Origin: Deltaproteobacteria bacterium
GTDB lineage: Bacteria > Desulfobacterota > Binatia > UBA12015
Reading direction: 5' to 3'
Assembly (NCBI GenBank): GCA_046583355.1
Contig: JAYGCM010000087.1
Coordinates: 50,626 to 114,625, forward strand
Length of the DNA: 64,000 nucleotides
A program made the position numbers and the translations under genes. Positions within the stretch are counted from its first letter, which is position 1; the number at the start of each line of letters is the position of its first letter. Positions 58,759-64,000 of this stretch are shown one piece after another. Under the pieces are notes generated by a model, which did not search any database, was not told where the DNA came from, and saw only the letters and a list, made by a program, of their open reading frames with translations.

Positions 58759-61200
58759 TCAGAAAGAGTAGCTGAGCTCTGCGCCGAAGGTCCGCGGTAT
58801 GCGGTAGAGCCGCTCCGTGACGCCGAAGGTTGCCGCCAGCGGGGTGACGTAGTCGATCACTTCCTGGTTCAGCATATTCCGTGACCAGAGGGCGACCTGC
58901 GCTTGGCCGTCGAAGAACTCGTAGGATAGGCGCCCGTTGATCAGGTTTATACCACCTTGGCGTCCGGCTTGGAGCTCGCGACCGGAGTAGTAGATCTCAC
59001 TTGTATAGGCCCATTCGAGACGCGGGGTCAGGTAGCCGTCGAGCCAGGCCGGTCCGCCGGCTGCGATGGGGAGTGAGTATTGGACCGAGAGGAAGGTCGA
59101 AAGCTGCGGGATGCCGGCAAAGCTCTCGCCCGAGCGGTTGATCTCGAGTCCGTCGAAATCGGAGATCGCGGGGTTGAAGTTGCCATAGACGGCAGCGATC
59201 GCTCCGATCGAGCCCTGTACGATCAGGCCCTCGGTCGGGCGGGCCAGAATCTCGAGCTCGATGCCGCGGGTGGTTGCGGCCGCGGCGTTCTGGGTGAGGC
59301 GGACGATATCGTTCACGCCGTCATTATTGAGGTCGCCGAGATCTTTGACGCTGGTGACCTGGATATCGTCGTAGATGCCGAAGAAAACGGCGAGGTTGGC
59401 CGACACGCGCTGGTCGAGGAAGATCGTTTTGAGGCCGACTTCGAAATTGTCGAGAACTTCCGGTCCGAAGCTTTCGAGGTCCTCGACCACGACTCCGTCG
59501 CGCAGCGGCCCGGGGACCGCGTTGAAGCCACCGCCCTTGAAACCCTGCGAGTAGGTGAAATACCCCATGACGTGGTCGAAGAGTGTCCCGTCGAGGAACT
59601 CTTCGGGCATGGTTGCCGCGATACTCGCCATCGGCGTCACGCGGCGGAAAACCGCGGAACCGCTGCCGGCAAATACATTTTCGCCCGAGAGCGCATCCCA
59701 TTGGTCCAGTAGGGCGCCTTTCTTGTCTTCGCTGTAGCGCACGCCGGCGGTGCCGTTGAGCCAATCCATGATCTCGAGTGTGGCCTGCGTGTAGAGGGCC
59801 CAGGTCCAATTGTCGATGTCGATCTCCGCGTAGGTATTGCGGTTGATCCCGAAGGAGGCGCCGCGGAATTGGATATCAACCGCAGTATTAGTGGGCTCGA
59901 AGGCAGTCTCCCAGAAGCCGAACGCGCCGCCGACGAAATGGAGGCGCTCGTCCCAGGTGCTGGCGTTGAGCTGAATCTCCTGGGAGATCTGCTGCGCGGT
60001 GCTGGTTTCGCCGTCGAGCGGGAGTCCGGCTTCACCGGTCTGGCCGCCGACCGCGGCGCGCGCGACCACGGGCATGATGGTCATATCGGTGTCGCCGCGA
60101 AAGCGCGTCTTCTGCTCGCGCCAGGAGGTCAGGGATTTCACCGCGAGGCCTTCGATGGGACCGATATCGCCAATATCCCAGGCGACGGTGGCCCACGCGC
60201 CGTAGCTGCGCAGGTCGAAGAGCATCGGGGTATCGGCGTTGGTCAGGTAGGGCTCGGTGCGCTTGCAGGCCTCTTCAAAGCCCTCCGATTGCAGGCCGGT
60301 CTCGCGAACCACGACGCATTGCGCGGCGCGGTTGCGGTTATGCTCGCGCGTCCAGGTGCCCGTCAGGTCGATGGTGATATCGTCCACCGGCACGAAGCGC
60401 AGGCTGCCGAGAAAGGCAATCGAGTTTCGGTTGGAGTGATAGACATCCTGGGTTTCGTTGTAGACGTAGCCCTGGTCGTTGGTCGTCGCGACCGACAAGC
60501 GGCTGAAGAGCTTGTCTTGCAACCAGCCGAATTCCACCGGCAGGTTGACCATCGCGCGGGTGGTGATCTGGCCGAAGTTGCCCGGGCGCACCATGGCGAA
60601 GCCTTCGAACTCGGAATGCGCTTTGACCGTGGTGATATTGATCGCCCCGCCGACGGTATTCTTGCCGAAGAGCGTCCCCTGCGGGCCGCGCAGGACCTCG
60701 ATCTGGCCGACATCGACGAGATCCATCAAGGAGCCGAGTGCGCGCGGCAGGAAGACGCCATCGACATAAATGCCGACGCCCGGATCAAAGGCGATGCCCG
60801 CCGTCGAGGTGCCGACGCCGCGAATCCGGACCAGCGTCGCGTTGCCGTTGATGCCGGTATCGATGCGGAGATTGGGCACCATCTCCTGGATGCCGTCGAG
60901 CCTGGTGATGCCCGACTCGCGCAGCGTCTGTGCGCCCAGGGCAGTCACGGAGACCGGCGTATCCTCAAGTAGTTCGGCACGCTTACGCGCGCTGACGACG
61001 ATCTCTTCGATGCGCGCGGCGCGTGGCCTGGCCGTGCCGCGCAGGTCCTCGCCGCCGCCGGCATCCATTTCGGTCTCGATCGAGTCGGCCCGATCGCTCG
61101 CGGCGACCGGGTGGGTGCCATTGGCGGATTGCGCATGCGCAGCGCTCGGCACAAGGAGAAGGCCTGTGATGGCGAAGAGGGCGGTCCGGCGAAACATCAT
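58759..61200 (-). CDS. TonB-dependent outer membrane receptor
   Basis: Signal peptide; IEEIVVSARKR, IEVLRGPQGTLFGKN..GG, C-terminal PRTFGAELSYSF. Confidence 0.95.
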   Translation of the reverse strand: MMFRRTALFAITGLLLVPSAAHAQSANGTHPVAASDRADSIETEMDAGGGEDLRGTARPRAARIEEIVVSARKRAELLEDTPVSVTALGAQTLRESGITRLDGIQEMVPNLRIDTGINGNATLVRIRGVGTSTAGIAFDPGVGIYVDGVFLPRALGSLMDLVDVGQIEVLRGPQGTLFGKNTVGGAINITTVKAHSEFEGFAMVRPGNFGQITTRAMVNLPVEFGWLQDKLFSRLSVATTNDQGYVYNETQDVYHSNRNSIAFLGSLRFVPVDDITIDLTGTWTREHNRNRAAQCVVVRETGLQSEGFEEACKRTEPYLTNADTPMLFDLRSYGAWATVAWDIGDIGPIEGLAVKSLTSWREQKTRFRGDTDMTIMPVVARAAVGGQTGEAGLPLDGETSTAQQISQEIQLNASTWDERLHFVGGAFGFWETAFEPTNTAVDIQFRGASFGINRNTYAEIDIDNWTWALYTQATLEIMDWLNGTAGVRYSEDKKGALLDQWDALSGENVFAGSGSAVFRRVTPMASIAATMPEEFLDGTLFDHVMGYFTYSQGFKGGGFNAVPGPLRDGVVVEDLESFGPEVLDNFEVGLKTIFLDQRVSANLAVFFGIYDDIQVTSVKDLGDLNNDGVNDIVRLTQNAAAATTRGIELEILARPTEGLIVQGSIGAIAAVYGNFNPAISDFDGLEINRSGESFAGIPQLSTFLSVQYSLPIAAGGPAWLDGYLTPRLEWAYTSEIYYSGRELQAGRQGGINLINGRLSYEFFDGQAQVALWSRNMLNQEVIDYVTPLAATFGVTERLYRIPRTFGAELSYSF

Positions 61201-61407
61201 TGTGATTGTCCTTCCGCAGTGGGCGCTTGGAAGCGGCCTTTCTGGCCGTCCTAATGCGACTGCATTAATTCGCTTGGGTAACGCATCGCTTGGAGCCGGG
61301 CAACAGGTCGCGCGCAGGCGTGGCGGCGCAGCGCAGTCGGTTGTTCGGCCGGGGCGCGAGCCGCCCTGTGGTGTGAATTCCCTGTAGCCAGCGGGTAGCG
61401 TTGACGA

Positions 61408-63372
61408 ATGGACAAGCGCACGCGCTTCTCGTTGGGGTATTTCCTCTGGATTTTCCTTCTTTTCTGGGTTCTCGAAGGGCTTTTCTTCTCAGGGCCTGCG
61501 GTCCCGGAGATTTCCTACAGCGCTTTTCTCAGCGATGTCGGCAAGGGCAAGGTCGCGACGGTCGTACTCACCGACCAGACCATCTACGGCGAGCTCAAGG
61601 GCCCGACCGATACGGAAGCCGAGGTCGCGGCGCAGAACGATTCGCTTGCGGTCGAGGATAAGGCGACGCCGTGGCGTTTCTCGCCAGGTGCGATCGCTTC
61701 CTGGTTCAGCACGGCAGGCGATAAGGTCGAGCAGGCCGAGGAAGACCGCGCGGCCAAGGCCAAGCTGCAATTCACCGTGGTGCCACTCAAGGACACCGAG
61801 CTCCTCGACCTGCTCGCTACCCACGACGTCGAGTTTCGCGCCAAGATTGAGAATAATTTCCTGCGCAACCTCTTCTTCGATTGGATTGTTCCCTTCGGCA
61901 TTCTCTTCCTCATCTGGACCTTCATTATGAAGCGGATGAGCGGTGGTGCCGGCGGGGGCATGATGAATGTCGGCAAGAGCAAGGCCAAGATCTACGAAAT
62001 GGACGCCGAGAGCCGCATCCATTTCAGCGATCTGGCCGGCGTGGACGAGGCGATCGAGGAGGTCGCCGAGGTCGTCTCCTTCTTGAAGGAGCCGGAAAAA
62101 TACCAGCGTCTCGGCGCCAAATTGCCCACCGGCGTGCTGATCGTCGGACCGCCGGGGACCGGCAAAACCCTGCTGGCCAAGGCCGTAGCCGGCGAGGCCG
62201 AGGTGCCCTTTTTCAGCCTTTCGGGCTCGGATTTTGTCGAAATGTTTGTCGGCGTGGGTGCCTCGCGCGTGCGCGACCTCTTCAAGGACGCCGCGCAGAA
62301 GGCCCCGTGCATCGTCTTCATCGATGAACTCGATGCGATCGGGCGCGCCCGCGGCGGCCGCGGCGCCGCCGGCATGGGCGGCTTCGATGAGCGCGAGAAT
62401 ACGCTCAACCAGCTCCTAGTCGAGATGGATGGCTTCGACGGCCGCACGGGCGTTGTCATCATGGCCGCGACCAACCGCCCCGAGGTGCTCGACCGCGCCT
62501 TGTTGCGGCCCGGTCGTTTCGATCGTCAGATTCTGGTCGACCGTCCGGAGCGGGAGGGGCGGATTGCGATCTACCGGATTCACTCCAAGGGCCTCATCAT
62601 CGGCCCCGACGTGAACTTCGACAAGCTGGGCGCCCAAACACCGGGTTTTGTCGGCGCCGATATCGCCAATATCTGCAACGAGGCGGCGCTGCTCGGCTCG
62701 CGCAACGGCCATGATGCGGTGCTGATGTCGGATTTCCAGGACGCGATCGAGCGCGTGATCGGTGGCCTGGAGAAAAAGGGCCGTATTCTCAACGAGAGCG
62801 AACGCCGCCGCGTCGCTTACCACGAGTCAGGCCATGCGTTGGTGGGTTATTTCACCCCCGGCGCCGACCCGGTGGAGAAGGTCTCGATCGTGCCGCGCGG
62901 CCGCGGCGCGCTTGGCTATACCCTTCAGGCACCGACCGAAGATCGCTACCTGATGACCCGCGACGATCTGCTCGGCCGGGTGCGCACGCTGCTGGCCGGA
63001 CGCGCCTGCGAAGAGACAATCTTCGGCGATATCTCCACCGGCGCCTCCGATGACCTGGAGAAGGCGAGCCAGCTGGTGCGCAGCATGTTGACCGTCTACG
63101 GCATGTCGACGCGGCTGCCGAACCTCTCCCTGGTCGAGCCCGGCGGCGAGACCTTCCTCGGTTTCGGCCCACAGCAAAGCGAACATTCCGCCGAGATCTC
63201 GCGCCTGCTCGGCGAAGAACATCTCGAGATCCTGAAGTCCTGTTACGACGAAGGGCTGGCTTTGCTGGCCGAGCATCGCGAGAAACTCGAGGCGCTGGCG
63301 GAGCGCCTGCTGGACCGCGAGAAGGTCGATTCGTCCGACCTGAAGGAATTGCTCGGCCCGCGCCCTGAATGA
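61408..63372 (+). CDS. ftsH: ATP-dependent zinc metalloprotease FtsH
   Basis: Two TM helices; [45 protein letters not shown]. Confidence 0.96.
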   Translation: MDKRTRFSLGYFLWIFLLFWVLEGLFFSGPAVPEISYSAFLSDVGKGKVATVVLTDQTIYGELKGPTDTEAEVAAQNDSLAVEDKATPWRFSPGAIASWFSTAGDKVEQAEEDRAAKAKLQFTVVPLKDTELLDLLATHDVEFRAKIENNFLRNLFFDWIVPFGILFLIWTFIMKRMSGGAGGGMMNVGKSKAKIYEMDAESRIHFSDLAGVDEAIEEVAEVVSFLKEPEKYQRLGAKLPTGVLIVGPPGTGKTLLAKAVAGEAEVPFFSLSGSDFVEMFVGVGASRVRDLFKDAAQKAPCIVFIDELDAIGRARGGRGAAGMGGFDERENTLNQLLVEMDGFDGRTGVVIMAATNRPEVLDRALLRPGRFDRQILVDRPEREGRIAIYRIHSKGLIIGPDVNFDKLGAQTPGFVGADIANICNEAALLGSRNGHDAVLMSDFQDAIERVIGGLEKKGRILNESERRRVAYHESGHALVGYFTPGADPVEKVSIVPRGRGALGYTLQAPTEDRYLMTRDDLLGRVRTLLAGRACEETIFGDISTGASDDLEKASQLVRSMLTVYGMSTRLPNLSLVEPGGETFLGFGPQQSEHSAEISRLLGEEHLEILKSCYDEGLALLAEHREKLEALAERLLDREKVDSSDLKELLGPRPE

Positions 63373-63490
63373 GCGCCGTCTGACCTTTCGGCTGGGCGGC
63401 TGCCCAAGGTACCTCGCCTCGTCGCGCGCCCGAGTGGACAGCCGCGCAGCTATTTGCAAGATTTTCCGAGCCTTGGCTGCTGCATCCAAT

Positions 63491-64000
63491 ATGCCGACAC
63501 GCGTGCGCGTTGTGGCGTTGCTCGGTCTGCTGGCCGGAATCGGTCTGCTGACCGCGCTTCTGGCCTGGCAGGGTTTCGCGGCTGTCGGCGCGGCGCTCGG
63601 CGTGGCGGGCTGGGGGCTGGTCGTTGTCGGGCTCTTCCATATCCTTCCCCTCGTGCTCGATGCGCTGGGGTGGTGGTGGTTGCTGCCGCCAGAGGGCCGG
63701 CCGACGCCGGCGCGGATCGTCTTTTGCCGCTGGCAGGGCGAGTCGGTCAATACGCTGCTGCCTGTGATGCAGATCGGCGGGCCGGTCGTGCGAGCGCGGC
63801 TGCTGATGCGTCAGGGCGTGGCGGGGGCACGCGCGGGTGCGAGTGTCGTGGTGGATGTGACGCTGCTCGTATTCTCCCAGATAGCCTTCACGATCCTCGG
63901 TATTTTCCTTCTGGTCTCGACTCTCGGTGCGGATGATCTGGTGGGTCCGGCGGTTACCGGCGTGACGGTGATGACGCTTTGCATCACGACCTTCGTGGTT
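63491..64000 (+). CDS. HpnL-like / lysylphosphatidylglycerol synthase TM-family membrane protein, truncated at the window end
   Basis: Translated by hand: MPTRVRVVALLGLLAGIGLL...LDALGWWWLLP...RWQGESVNTLLPVMQIGGPVVRARLL...ASVVVD; no stop before 64000. Confidence 0.7.
   Translation, partial: MPTRVRVVALLGLLAGIGLLTALLAWQGFAAVGAALGVAGWGLVVVGLFHILPLVLDALGWWWLLPPEGRPTPARIVFCRWQGESVNTLLPVMQIGGPVVRARLLMRQGVAGARAGASVVVDVTLLVFSQIAFTILGIFLLVSTLGADDLVGPAVTGVTVMTLCITTFVV

Overview
High-GC bacterial chromosomal window, densely coding, with no CRISPR array, rRNA, integrase or transposase seen. The gene content (Cys-rich secreted proteins, a cytochrome c/copper-monooxygenase lipoprotein, an F420/LLM enzyme, a BVMO, TonB receptors and hopanoid genes) suggests a Gram-negative deltaproteobacterial-type organism such as Ca. 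Binatia or Myxococcota; this is inference only. Main blocks: (1) a PDZ-like/multi-TM/GAF sensor divergent from a sigma-54 response regulator, followed by a clear -24/-12 promoter, a 68-aa small ORF absent from the ORF track as such, a 1262-aa Cys-rich Ca-binding secreted protein, a heme/PHM-like copper monooxygenase lipoprotein and a phosphatase-family gene; (2) housekeeping and lipid-catabolic genes with tRNA-Ala(CGC) and leuCD; (3) a hopanoid cluster shc-HMG-CoA synthase-hpnC-hpnD-hpnE-hpnB, convergent with aldose 1-epimerase-hpnG-hpnH, with a twin operator bracketing the shc promoter; (4) a hybrid kinase, a CPA2 antiporter, an MtnK-like kinase plus nucleoside hydrolase, multi-domain glycosyltransferases, a ferritin-like gene plus glpD, two TonB receptors, ftsH and a truncated hpnL-like gene. 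The best novelty candidates are the sigma-54 small-peptide/PDZ-sensor module, the HMG-CoA synthase and mutarotase embedded in the hopanoid operons, and two apparent CTG starts in CTGA overlaps. All calls come from reading motifs by eye; no database searches were run.
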